From an uncultured Candidatus Saccharibacteria bacterium (GTDB lineage Bacteria; Patescibacteriota; Minisyncoccia; Minisyncoccales; JAGMDC01), in assembly GCA_964615205.1 (NCBI GenBank), contig CAZTQA010000001.1:510-64509 (forward strand): a stretch of 64,000 bases of DNA, read 5' to 3'. Of the stretch, positions 35,340-44,283 are shown in pieces. The notes beneath the pieces are model-generated. The model was not told where the DNA came from. It was given only the letters and a program-made list of their open reading frames with translations, and did no database searches. Both the position numbers and the translations under genes were made by a program. Positions within the stretch are counted from its first letter, which is position 1; each line of letters starts with the position of its first letter.

Positions 35340-35678
35340 ATGAATTTTAAAAAGATTTTTGGCTGGCTGCTTCTTATTATAGGAATTGGAATTATTGTTT
35401 TTGTTCTCTACCTCTCTTATAATATTTTTACAGCCAAAGCTGAAATGCCCCAAGTTTTTAAAGCCCCAGAAGAAAATAAAAGCTTAGCTTTGGACAATAA
35501 GGATTTGAGTGTTGAAGAAGAAATGAAAAAGACGATCCAAGAAGAAATTAAGAATATAATGCCAAGCGAAATAATATTTACTCTTTTTAATTTGATTGCT
35601 TGGTCTATATTTGCTGGCATTAGTATTTTTGGCGGCGCTCAGATATCCGGATTAGGCATCAGATTAATTAAGGAATAA
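35340..35678 (+). CDS. Small membrane protein (hypothetical)
   Basis: N- and C-terminal hydrophobic helices flank an acidic loop. Confidence 0.4.
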   Translation: MNFKKIFGWLLLIIGIGIIVFVLYLSYNIFTAKAEMPQVFKAPEENKSLALDNKDLSVEEEMKKTIQEEIKNIMPSEIIFTLFNLIAWSIFAGISIFGGAQISGLGIRLIKE

Positions 35679-35681
35679 AAA

Positions 35682-36791
35682 ATGAGAGATTTTCTCAAAG
35701 CCCTGGCTCTTTTTATGGGCACTATAATTGGAGTAGGAGTTTTTGGCTTGCCCTATGTTGCATCCAAGGCAGGTTTTTTTATAGTTGTTTTCTATTTTAT
35801 TCTTATTTCTTTTTTTGTGATTATTACGGATTTGATTTTTGGTGAGGTTTGTTTAAACACTAAGGGTTTTCATCGTCTTCCTGGCTACGTGGAAAAATAT
35901 TTAGGAAAGAACTGGAAAAAATTTTCTTTTTTCACTTCTTTTTTCCTTGTTACAGGCGCTTGTTTAGCTTATATGATTGTGGGAGGAAAATTCCTTTTTT
36001 ATATATTGGGACCTGTATTAGGAGGAGAATCTTCAGTTTACAGTCTATTGTTTTTTGCCCTTGGAAGTTATCTTGTTTTCAGAGGAGTAAAAACTATTTC
36101 TCAAATAGAACTCTCTCTTTTAATAGTCCTTTTTGCAATTTTAATTACTTTCTTTTTAGAAGGTTTTTCTTTCGTTAATATTGATTATTTGAAAAACATT
36201 GATTTAACTTTTCTTGCTTTGCCCTACGGAGTAGTCCTTTTTTCTTTAACCGGTTTATGCGTCATTCCGGAACTAAAAGAAATGCTCAATAACAGAATTA
36301 AATTAAGAAAAGTTATTGTTTCAGGCGTTCTAATTTCAATGCTTACTTATTTACTTTTTACTTTTATCATTTTCAGCGTAAGCGGTTCAGTCACTTCTAA
36401 AGATGCTCTTTCTGGATTTGTTTCTGTGGTTGGAGACGGAACAGTTAAAATAGGTTTTGTTTTTGGCATTATTGCTTGTTTTACTTCTTTCATCTCTTTA
36501 GGCCTTACTTTAAAGAAGACTCTTTGGTATGACATAGGTTTACCTAAAAACATTTCTTGGTTAATATTCTCTTTGCTGCCTTTATCTTTTTTCCTCTTAG
36601 GCTTCTCTCAATTTATTGAGATTATTGCCTTAACTGGAGCTGTAGCCATTGGTAGTGAAGCCATCATTGTTATTTTTCTCTATAAAGCCTTTTTAGAGGA
36701 AAAGAAAAAGAAATTTAATTCTTGCTTTTATTTAATACCTTTGTTTTTCTGTTTAGGCATTATCTGTCAAATTTTTTATTTATTAAATTAA
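35682..36791 (+). CDS. Polytopic membrane transporter, amino-acid permease-like
   Basis: 369 aa with about 10-11 hydrophobic helices. The N-terminus (GTIIGVGVFGLPYVASKAG) resembles aromatic amino-acid/APC-type permeases. Confidence 0.55.
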   Translation: MRDFLKALALFMGTIIGVGVFGLPYVASKAGFFIVVFYFILISFFVIITDLIFGEVCLNTKGFHRLPGYVEKYLGKNWKKFSFFTSFFLVTGACLAYMIVGGKFLFYILGPVLGGESSVYSLLFFALGSYLVFRGVKTISQIELSLLIVLFAILITFFLEGFSFVNIDYLKNIDLTFLALPYGVVLFSLTGLCVIPELKEMLNNRIKLRKVIVSGVLISMLTYLLFTFIIFSVSGSVTSKDALSGFVSVVGDGTVKIGFVFGIIACFTSFISLGLTLKKTLWYDIGLPKNISWLIFSLLPLSFFLLGFSQFIEIIALTGAVAIGSEAIIVIFLYKAFLEEKKKKFNSCFYLIPLFFCLGIICQIFYLLN

Positions 36792-36845
36792 TTTACATCT
36801 CTTTTTAATAAGTTATAATAAAATAATTTAAATGAATTTAACAAG

Positions 36846-39041
36846 ATGAAGTTGTTTAATTTTTTAATTCTTATATTTTTATTATTTTTCTTTGGTTTTT
36901 TTTTAATTCCCGACCAGGTTGAAGCAGATACTAACGAACTTAAAGTATTTTTCTTTAAAAATACACCAATTTGTATAGTTGGTGATGCTTGTATCGTTGA
37001 TTATGGCTGTATAAATAGTACGAACAAATGTTGTACTATTGAGAACGGTATCAATATAACAGAAGCAAATATGAGGGCGGAAAACAGTGACTGGGATCAG
37101 CTTCCATTATTAGAGAAGCAAAAAAAGATACAATATAAATGCTGCATTTCTGTTAGGGATAAAGATGATAATGTTATAAAAGCATTTCAGAAAAATGATA
37201 ACGTGAAGGGACTTAAGCCAAGCGATAATAATGATTGCAGCAATATTAGTGGTGATAATAAGATTTTCCTAAATCCAGGTTTAACATATTCAGAGATATA
37301 TGGTAATTATCCAGAGGATGATACAGATGATATTGGGCTTAGAGACGAAGTTAAAAAATTTGTAACGCAAGTTAAAGACTGGACCAACGAAACTCTGAAT
37401 CTTGAGCCAGATTTTGTAGAGATAGAAATTTTAGAAACTTCAGAAAAAGTAGAATTATCTAGGCTTTGGGACGGTCTCTGGATGTCTCCAGACAATGCAG
37501 GATCTTTAATAAATCCTTACATAACAAAAGATACGGATTTTGTTATTGTTACTCAAAATATTTATGATAGTTCGCGTAATTTATTCTTTCCCCTTCCTGC
37601 CTGTGGTCTTAATTTTGGTGCTGATAATGGTGTTGGAGGAGCAAGTTATAGTTGGATACCTAAGAGTTTTGTTCATGGTCATAGTGTTTGGTTTGAATGT
37701 GCCAATAGCGGTACTTATATGCATGAGTGGTTGAATGCTATGGATTATGCTGTAGATCAGGTAACAGGTGTGCCTGATCAATATAAAAATAATTATCCAG
37801 ATTATTGTTATAATCCTAACTCTACTAATTGTAGTGCTTCCCAGACTCGTTTATGGTTTCCGTGCGCTTCCGCTCATTCTACTAAAGACCCGTGTTTTGA
37901 GGCTTGCGGACAGAACTGGAATAATTATTGTGCTTCTGTTGATGACTGTAATTCAGTATGGCATAGATTTATCTTAGAAAAACATTATGTTCCGACATAT
38001 GAGTATTCTTTAGACCCAAATTCTAGTTCTTATTTAGGACATTCTTTAATTGGCAACCATTGCAGAAATGGAATAAAAGATTGTGGCGAAACTGATATAG
38101 ATTGCGGAGGAAGTCATTGTTCTGTCTGTTCATCAGTCAAGTCAATTACCGTCACTTCTCCCAATGGCGGAGAAATCTGGATACATGGTCACACATATGA
38201 CATTACTTGGACAGCTACTGGAGTAGCTAATGTTACAATTAGTCTTCAAGGTATAAACACGAAGACAATTGCTACAAGCGTTTCAGCTTCTCTTGGAGAA
38301 TATTCTTGGACCGTACCAATAGATATTTCTTTATCAAGTGGCTATAAAATTCTAATTAAAGATACTAATAGTTTAATGAATGATCAAAGTGATAATTTCT
38401 TTACTATTATACCACCTATCTGTCTTGATAGTGACAGTGGCAAGAATTATTACTTAAAAGGAACCGTTACCGACTCTACAGGTAAAAGTTATCCTGATAT
38501 TTGTTCATCGGATACGTTAATCGAATATTATTGTGGAACTGATAATATTTACAGAAATGAGTTTTTTACCTGTCCTTACGGTTGCAATAATGGTGCTTGT
38601 AAGGAGGGCATTACCATCAATCTCTCCTTGGAAGCTAAACCAGTTGGAGGTAATCATCTAATCAATAAAGTATCCATCTTTAAATCGGGACAAACTACAG
38701 TTATCTGGAGTAAGACAAACAGTACTACAGATAATAATGATTTAATTTTAGATTTATCTAACTTTACTTACAATAGAAGTGATCTCTATAATATTAAGAC
38801 AGAAATAGACAATTATTTAGATAAAAAGGTAACCCACAACTTAGTTGATAACATTACTACTGCTGTCCAGATGAAGATAGGTGATTTAGACAATAATAAC
38901 ATTATCAGTTCAAGCGATTGGACTGCTATGGCAGATAATTGGCAGACTGGTGATTCAGATGCCGACTTCAACGAGGATGGCATTGTTAACACCATTGACT
39001 TCTCTTTTATGAATCGCAATTGGGGAGCTAGTGGTGACTAA
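36846..39041 (+). CDS. Secreted Cys-rich surface protein with C-terminal dockerin-like repeats
   Basis: Signal/anchor [21 protein letters not shown]. Cys-rich modules (CGETDIDCGGSHCSVC; CLDSDSGKNYY...CPYGCNNGAC). Kre9/KNH-like ITVTSPNGGEIW...YDITW. Dockerin-like GDLDNNNIISSSDW and ADFNEDGIVNTIDF. Confidence 0.7.
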   Translation: MKLFNFLILIFLLFFFGFFLIPDQVEADTNELKVFFFKNTPICIVGDACIVDYGCINSTNKCCTIENGINITEANMRAENSDWDQLPLLEKQKKIQYKCCISVRDKDDNVIKAFQKNDNVKGLKPSDNNDCSNISGDNKIFLNPGLTYSEIYGNYPEDDTDDIGLRDEVKKFVTQVKDWTNETLNLEPDFVEIEILETSEKVELSRLWDGLWMSPDNAGSLINPYITKDTDFVIVTQNIYDSSRNLFFPLPACGLNFGADNGVGGASYSWIPKSFVHGHSVWFECANSGTYMHEWLNAMDYAVDQVTGVPDQYKNNYPDYCYNPNSTNCSASQTRLWFPCASAHSTKDPCFEACGQNWNNYCASVDDCNSVWHRFILEKHYVPTYEYSLDPNSSSYLGHSLIGNHCRNGIKDCGETDIDCGGSHCSVCSSVKSITVTSPNGGEIWIHGHTYDITWTATGVANVTISLQGINTKTIATSVSASLGEYSWTVPIDISLSSGYKILIKDTNSLMNDQSDNFFTIIPPICLDSDSGKNYYLKGTVTDSTGKSYPDICSSDTLIEYYCGTDNIYRNEFFTCPYGCNNGACKEGITINLSLEAKPVGGNHLINKVSIFKSGQTTVIWSKTNSTTDNNDLILDLSNFTYNRSDLYNIKTEIDNYLDKKVTHNLVDNITTAVQMKIGDLDNNNIISSSDWTAMADNWQTGDSDADFNEDGIVNTIDFSFMNRNWGASGD

Positions 39042-39052
39042 TCATTTTAAAA

Positions 39053-40324
39053 ATGCAATTTATTGCTGACTTTCATTTGCATTCAAAATATTCTCGGGCT
39101 ACTTCCAGCCAAATGAACCTGGAAGGCATGGGCTATTGGGCAAAAATAAAGGGAATAAATATTTTAGGAACAGGAGACTTTACTCATCCAGAATGGTTTC
39201 AAGGCTTGAAACAAAATTTGGAACCAGCGGAGAACGGCCTATACAAACTGAAATCTAATAATAAAGCCAAGTTTATTTTAACTTCAGAAATAAGCTGTAT
39301 TTATTCTAAAAATGGAAAGGTGCGCAAGGTGCATATAGTAGTTTTAGCTCCCTCTCTTGAAGTAGTGGAGAAAATTAATACTCAGCTTGGCTGGATAGGA
39401 AATATAAAGTCAGACGGCAGGCCCATTTTGGGTTTGGATGCCAAAGAACTGGCAAAAATAGTTCTTAATATTTCCCAGGATTGCTTGATTATTCCAGCTC
39501 ATGTAATGACACCCTGGTTTGGTCTTTTCGGTTCCAAGTCCGGCTTTGATTCTTTGGAAGAATGTTTTGAAGAATATTCAAAACATATTTATGCTTTGGA
39601 AACAGGGCTTTCAGCTGATCCGGCCATGCTCTGGCGAATTCCTGATGCCAGGAAACTGACTTTAGTTTCTAACAGTGACGCCCACAGCCCAGCCAAATTA
39701 GGTAGGGAGGCCAATGTTTTTGAGGGAAACGGATTAAACTACAATTCTATTGTTGGTGCCATAAAAAATAGAGGTCTGTCCTCCAAGGGAGGACAGACCT
39801 CGGTTAAACTCGTTTACACTATTGAGTTTTTTCCTGAGGAAGGCAAATACCATTATGACGGCCACCGCAACTGCGATATCAGTTTATCTCCCTCAGAATC
39901 AAAAAAATATAATAATATTTGTCCGGTTTGCGGAAAACCCTTGACTATCGGCGTGTTGAATAGAGTAGAAAAATTAGCAGACAAAGCGCATGGGTTTAAA
40001 CCAGATAGTTTTATCCCTTATAAGAGCTTGGTTCCTTTAGAAGAAATAATTGCTGAAAGCTTAGGCCAGTCAACCGGGACCAAGCAAGTAGAAGCAGAGT
40101 ATCAAAAGCTTATTGATAAATTTGAGAATGAATTTAATATTTTAATTAATATTTCCCAACAAGACCTGGAATCCGCTAGTTTATCGGAGATTGCAGAGGG
40201 AATTATAAAGGTAAGAGAGGGCGATGTTGATGTTGAGCCGGGATATGACGGAGTTTTTGGCAAAGTAAGGATTTTTTCAAAGGCCGAAAAAAAAGAAATT
40301 ATTAAACAAAAAACATTATTTTAA
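39053..40324 (+). CDS. Endonuclease Q-like PHP-domain nuclease
   Basis: DFHLHSKYSRA, GTGDFTHP, DGRP, PAHVMTPW, ETGLSADP, SNSDAHSPAKLGREANVF and the Zn-finger CPVCGKPLTIGVLNRV are colinear with archaeal EndoQ. Confidence 0.75.
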   Translation: MQFIADFHLHSKYSRATSSQMNLEGMGYWAKIKGINILGTGDFTHPEWFQGLKQNLEPAENGLYKLKSNNKAKFILTSEISCIYSKNGKVRKVHIVVLAPSLEVVEKINTQLGWIGNIKSDGRPILGLDAKELAKIVLNISQDCLIIPAHVMTPWFGLFGSKSGFDSLEECFEEYSKHIYALETGLSADPAMLWRIPDARKLTLVSNSDAHSPAKLGREANVFEGNGLNYNSIVGAIKNRGLSSKGGQTSVKLVYTIEFFPEEGKYHYDGHRNCDISLSPSESKKYNNICPVCGKPLTIGVLNRVEKLADKAHGFKPDSFIPYKSLVPLEEIIAESLGQSTGTKQVEAEYQKLIDKFENEFNILINISQQDLESASLSEIAEGIIKVREGDVDVEPGYDGVFGKVRIFSKAEKKEIIKQKTLF

Positions 40325-40325
40325 A

Positions 40326-40598
40326 ATGACTGATATTTTTGGTGATAAGAAGACAATTAGTTTCAGAGATCTTAAAAACGCCATAGTTGATAATTCTTCA
40401 GACTTAGCTTTAAAGATAGGAAGAGAAGGAAGGGAGGAACTTTGCGACAGATTGTATTCCATGTTAGGAGAGTATGTTTCTAAGGAAGAAATTAGAAATG
40501 CTTTAAACAAATTAGGAGAAGAAAGAAGCCGGGTTTCAGGCGAAGAAAAAGAAAAATTGGATAGATGGATAAGGTTGCTGGAGCAGGTGACAGAATAA
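40326..40598 (+). CDS. Hypothetical protein
   Basis: 90-aa helical-looking ORF tightly coupled to the upstream gene (TAAAATG). No family recognised. Confidence 0.4.
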   Translation: MTDIFGDKKTISFRDLKNAIVDNSSDLALKIGREGREELCDRLYSMLGEYVSKEEIRNALNKLGEERSRVSGEEKEKLDRWIRLLEQVTE

Positions 40599-40695
40599 TA
40601 AATTTTCAAATTAGGCGCTCAATCCAACTACTTGACAAGTATTCTTTTTTTGGTTAAGGTTTATATTACAAAAGCATAGGAGGGATAAAGAAAGA

Positions 40696-41355
40696 ATGGA
40701 AAGCAAGTTATTGACTGGACTAGGTATTTTGTGTTTTCTGGCAGGGATAGTTTTGGTATCAGCAAACATAGACACAGGGGAAAATGCAGTCGTAGTTGAT
40801 AGCAATACAGTTACAGCAGCCAGATTGACCTTGACAGAGATAGCACCTTTAAACATCAATATAACGCCGGGTACTAACAATACCTGGACAGTGAACGTCA
40901 CGAACACTGGAACGATGAAAGGTAATGTTACGATAGAGACAATTAAATTCCTTGGCTTAGAGAACGGCGTGCTGGATATAGAAAATAAGACAATGGGAGA
41001 CGAAGAAGGAAAGGATCTCGGCTGCGACCAGATTGAAGGGGACGGAGAATTGGACAACTTGGTAGAAGTTTTACTCAAGAACGGCGATACTATTGTTCTG
41101 CATTTGAAGGACGGAGAACTTTTCACCAACTCTTCTAATTGTACGCTGACGCCCGGAGAAACAAGGCAGTTGAATCTAACAGTGCTGTGGTCACCTTCCA
41201 AACCACCGCGGATAAGTGATCTGACTGCCCAAACAGACAGTTTTGAATTCGCTTTAGAAATAGAAATTGGGCAGATAGGAATTGCCAGAGGATTCTCTGA
41301 CTCAAAAATAGTGCCAGTAGAGATAATAGCTGAAACCTGGGAGGAAGAGACATGA
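40696..41355 (+). CDS. Secreted/anchored beta-rich protein, TasA/camelysin-like (tentative), rich in N-x-S/T sequons
   Basis: SD AGGAGGG. N-terminal hydrophobic segment LLTGLGILCFLAGIVLV. NTVTAARLTL...ITPGTNNTWTVNVTNTGTMKGNVTIE resembles TasA-family motifs. 8 N-x-S/T sequons. Confidence 0.45.
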   Translation: MESKLLTGLGILCFLAGIVLVSANIDTGENAVVVDSNTVTAARLTLTEIAPLNINITPGTNNTWTVNVTNTGTMKGNVTIETIKFLGLENGVLDIENKTMGDEEGKDLGCDQIEGDGELDNLVEVLLKNGDTIVLHLKDGELFTNSSNCTLTPGETRQLNLTVLWSPSKPPRISDLTAQTDSFEFALEIEIGQIGIARGFSDSKIVPVEIIAETWEEET

Positions 41356-42092
41356 ATCTGACTAGACGAGCCTTATTCGTTGTCCTGATGATTATACTCG
41401 TATGGGTTTTTGTGGGTTCGCTAATGTGGTATGTTTCTAAATCCATAGAGCGACCTGAACCCTCACCAATGCCGACGCCGTATCAAACACTCTATCCGAC
41501 TTTTAGACCACCAGTTCCAACTTTCGTCCCAACTCCAAATCCGAGCCCTACTTCGACTCCAAGTTCAATTCCAACGCCTACCCCAATAGTTAGACGCAGC
41601 GGAGGAGGTGGAGGAGGAGGCGGTGGTGGCGGAACACCGTCAACGCCAACACCATCACCAACACCAGCGCCAATAGCGATAGGATTATGGTTGTGTGGGG
41701 CAGATGGCAGTAATTGCACCCAGAGAACAGAAGGTCTTATAAAGGCAGTCAATATAGCGCCGGGAGACAGCGGAGAAATTACTAGGACACTGAAAAACAA
41801 TGGCAATGCTACTGCAGTATACTTCGAGGTGTTTAATTTAACTTCAGAAGGCTCAGGACGGCTAGAGAATCATTTTTATCTGGAGATTGATTTTGATAAT
41901 CGGACAACCGTAGCTAATATTTCAGCATTCCAGAACAATTCAACCGAAATTGGAGAAATCCAGAATAACCAAACACTGCCTATAACCATGACTTGGGAGT
42001 TCAACGCAACGCAAATTGTCAGCCAAGAAGAGATAAATAAACTGCAAGGCACCGGCATAAACTTCGCATTCAGATACTTACCAAAACAATAA
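41352..42092 (+). CDS. Membrane-anchored protein with Pro/Thr linker, Gly11 run and TasA-like C-terminal domain, rich in N-x-S/T sequons
   Basis: TM helix ALFVVLMIILVWVFVGSLMWYV, PT-rich linker, RRSGGGGGGGGGGGTPSTPTPSPTP, then VNIAPGDSGEITRTLKNNGNATAVYFEV. Confidence 0.45.
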   Translation: MNLTRRALFVVLMIILVWVFVGSLMWYVSKSIERPEPSPMPTPYQTLYPTFRPPVPTFVPTPNPSPTSTPSSIPTPTPIVRRSGGGGGGGGGGGTPSTPTPSPTPAPIAIGLWLCGADGSNCTQRTEGLIKAVNIAPGDSGEITRTLKNNGNATAVYFEVFNLTSEGSGRLENHFYLEIDFDNRTTVANISAFQNNSTEIGEIQNNQTLPITMTWEFNATQIVSQEEINKLQGTGINFAFRYLPKQ

Positions 42093-42102
42093 TAAAAATT
42101 AA

Positions 42103-42136
42103 AAGAGGATTTATTTTTTACTCCTCTTATTTTTTA
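42103..42136 (+). terminator. Hairpin terminator after the island
   Basis: AAGAGGA-12 nt loop-TCCTCTT followed by ATTTTTTATTT. Confidence 0.55.
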
Positions 42137-42182
42137 TTTATTTTTCAAATTAATTGAGATATAATAAGATATAATTATCTAT

Positions 42183-43934
42183 ATGAATAATCAGGAGATA
42201 GCCCAAGTTTTTTATGAAATTGCTGATTACTTGGAAATGGAAGAAGCAGCTTTTAGGCCAGCGGCTTATCGCAAAGCAGCTCTTTCTATTGAGAATTTAG
42301 ACAAAGATGTTAGATTAGTTTATAGAGAAGAGGGAATTAAGGGTTTGGAAAATATTCCTGGAGTAGGGAAAAGCATTGCCGAGAAAATAGAAGAATATTT
42401 GAAAACAGGAAAAATAAAATACTATCAAAAATTGAAAAAGAAAGTTCCCGTAGACATAAAAGAGCTTTCAGCTGTAGAAGGAATTGGCCCTAAGAAAATC
42501 AAGGTTCTGTATCAGAAATTGGGAATTAAAAATCTAAAAGATTTAGAGAAAGCGGCTCGCAGTCATAAAATTGCAAGCCTTTTTAATTTTGGAGAGAAAA
42601 CAGAGAAAAATATCTTAGAAGGCATTGCTTTTCTTAAGAAAAGCAAAGGCAGATTTTTATTGGGCGATATTCTGCCCCAAATTAAAGAAATTATTTCTAA
42701 ATTAGAAAAATTAAAGAAAGTTAAAAAAATCAGTATTGCCGGCTCTATAAGAAGAAAAAAAGAGACTATTGGAGATGCAGATATTTTAGTTGTGTCTGAA
42801 AATCCGTCCCAGGTTATGGATTTCTTTGTTTCTATGCCAGAAGTGCTAAAAATTTGGGGAAAGGGTCCTACTCGTTCTTCAGTCAGATTAAAGCAAGGCT
42901 TTGACTACGATTTAAGAATTGTACCAGAAAAATCTTATGGTGCAGCCTTGCAGTACTTTACGGGTTCAAAAGAGCACAATGTAGCTCTTAGGAAAATTGC
43001 TATCCAGAATAATTTAAAATTAAATGAATACGGGCTTTTCAAAGGAAAGAAAACTATTGCTGGCAAAGAGGAAAAAGAAGTTTATAAAGCTCTTGGTATG
43101 GACTGGATGGAACCGGAATTAAGGGAGAATAATGGAGAAATTGAGGCTTCCCTTCGGCGAGCTCAGGGTAAACTCCCTGGTTTGCCTAAACTTATTGATT
43201 ATAGCGATGTCAAAGGAGATCTGCATATTCATTCTAACTGGAATGGTGGTGATGATTCTATACAAGAGTTAGCAAATCAGGCTATAGGAATGGGATATGA
43301 ATATTTAGGTATCAGCGACCATACTAAGTTTTTGAAAATAGAAAATGGATTGGACGAAAAAAAGTTATCTCAGCAGAGAAAAGAAATTAATAAACTCAAT
43401 AAAAGATTCAAGATTCAAAATTTAAAATTCAAGATTTTACAAGGAGCAGAAACAAATATTTTGAATGATGGTTCAATTGATATAGAAGACGAGGCCTTAA
43501 AAAAACTAGATTATACTATTGCTGGAATTCATTCCAGCTTCAAAATGTCTAGAGAAAAAATGACTAATAGGATTATTACTGCCATGAAAAACCCTTATGT
43601 TAAAATTATTTCTCATCCCACAGGCAGGATTCTTAAAAAAAGAGACGAATATGAATGTGATTTTAATCAGATTTTGAAAGCAGCCAAAGAATATAATGTT
43701 ATTCTGGAAATAAATTCTTTTCCCCAGCGTTTGGATTTAAATGATATAAACATTAGGAAGGCTAAGGAAGCAGGAGTGAAAATGGTAATTAATACTGACA
43801 GTCACCAGAAGAGTCATTTAAGGTTCATGGAATTTGGTATTGCCCAGGCCCGGAGGGGCTGGGCTGAAAAAGAAGATATTATTAATACTTGGAGTTTGAA
43901 TAAAATTTCAGAAATCTTGTTGGCAAAAAAATAA
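42183..43934 (+). CDS. polX: Family X DNA polymerase with C-terminal PHP domain
   Basis: HhH motifs (IPGVGKSIAEKI, VEGIGPKKIK), catalytic GSIRRKKETIGDADILV, PHP motifs GDLHIHSNW and ISDHT. Confidence 0.9.
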   Translation: MNNQEIAQVFYEIADYLEMEEAAFRPAAYRKAALSIENLDKDVRLVYREEGIKGLENIPGVGKSIAEKIEEYLKTGKIKYYQKLKKKVPVDIKELSAVEGIGPKKIKVLYQKLGIKNLKDLEKAARSHKIASLFNFGEKTEKNILEGIAFLKKSKGRFLLGDILPQIKEIISKLEKLKKVKKISIAGSIRRKKETIGDADILVVSENPSQVMDFFVSMPEVLKIWGKGPTRSSVRLKQGFDYDLRIVPEKSYGAALQYFTGSKEHNVALRKIAIQNNLKLNEYGLFKGKKTIAGKEEKEVYKALGMDWMEPELRENNGEIEASLRRAQGKLPGLPKLIDYSDVKGDLHIHSNWNGGDDSIQELANQAIGMGYEYLGISDHTKFLKIENGLDEKKLSQQRKEINKLNKRFKIQNLKFKILQGAETNILNDGSIDIEDEALKKLDYTIAGIHSSFKMSREKMTNRIITAMKNPYVKIISHPTGRILKKRDEYECDFNQILKAAKEYNVILEINSFPQRLDLNDINIRKAKEAGVKMVINTDSHQKSHLRFMEFGIAQARRGWAEKEDIINTWSLNKISEILLAKK

Positions 43935-43936
43935 AA

Positions 43937-43945
43937 TGCTATAAT
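43937..43945 (+). promoter_or_regulatory. Extended -10 promoter element (TGCTATAAT) directly after the polX stop
   Basis: A perfect TGnTATAAT about 40 nt upstream of the TTG at 43984. Confidence 0.5.
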
Positions 43946-43983
43946 AATATAGCACCCTAATAAATGGGTATGGGAGGACAAAA

Positions 43984-44280
43984 TTGGAACTAGATAAGCT
44001 ATCAAAGTTAGAAGATGGGACAGAGTTAAGAAATGTAAGAGTCGTTCTGCGAAGGAAAGTGGGAGAGGAAACTGTCGGGACAAACCATATAAGAGATATC
44101 TTTGGTAGAGAAAGCTTTTTATATCTGCCAAGAGCTATATGGCGAGCGAATAACGGGAACAGGCGACTTGAGGACGAGAAAGGAAATAATATGCTCCTCT
44201 TGTCGGATCCTGACTGTAAGATAACAAATCTTGAGTTTTCAGCAACAATCCAAATATTCTCCCAAACCAAGACAACGTAA
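43984..44280 (+). CDS. Hypothetical 98-aa protein with atypical codon usage (alternative: structured RNA)
   Basis: GGAGG SD (43973-43977), 6 nt, then TTG start. The ORF fills the promoter-to-terminator interval. Third codon positions are visibly G/C-rich, unlike neighbouring genes. Confidence 0.4.
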   Translation: MELDKLSKLEDGTELRNVRVVLRRKVGEETVGTNHIRDIFGRESFLYLPRAIWRANNGNRRLEDEKGNNMLLLSDPDCKITNLEFSATIQIFSQTKTT

Positions 44281-44283
44281 AGA

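Noticed and set aside
41601-41633. Gly11-coding run as a slippage-prone phase-variation tract
   Set aside because: The codons are mixed (GGA GGA GGT GGA GGA GGA GGC GGT GGT GGC GGA), so it is not a homopolymer or perfect short repeat. Slippage would in any case stay in frame. It is treated as a flexible linker.
40611-41806. Long minus-strand ORFs 40611..41201, 41135..41446 and 41492..41806 (the last including a poly-Pro run)
   Set aside because: These are antisense shadows of the GC-richer plus-strand genes. The poly-Pro is the complement of the Gly11 codons. They have no SD or start context and Ser/Leu/Pro-rich nonsense composition.
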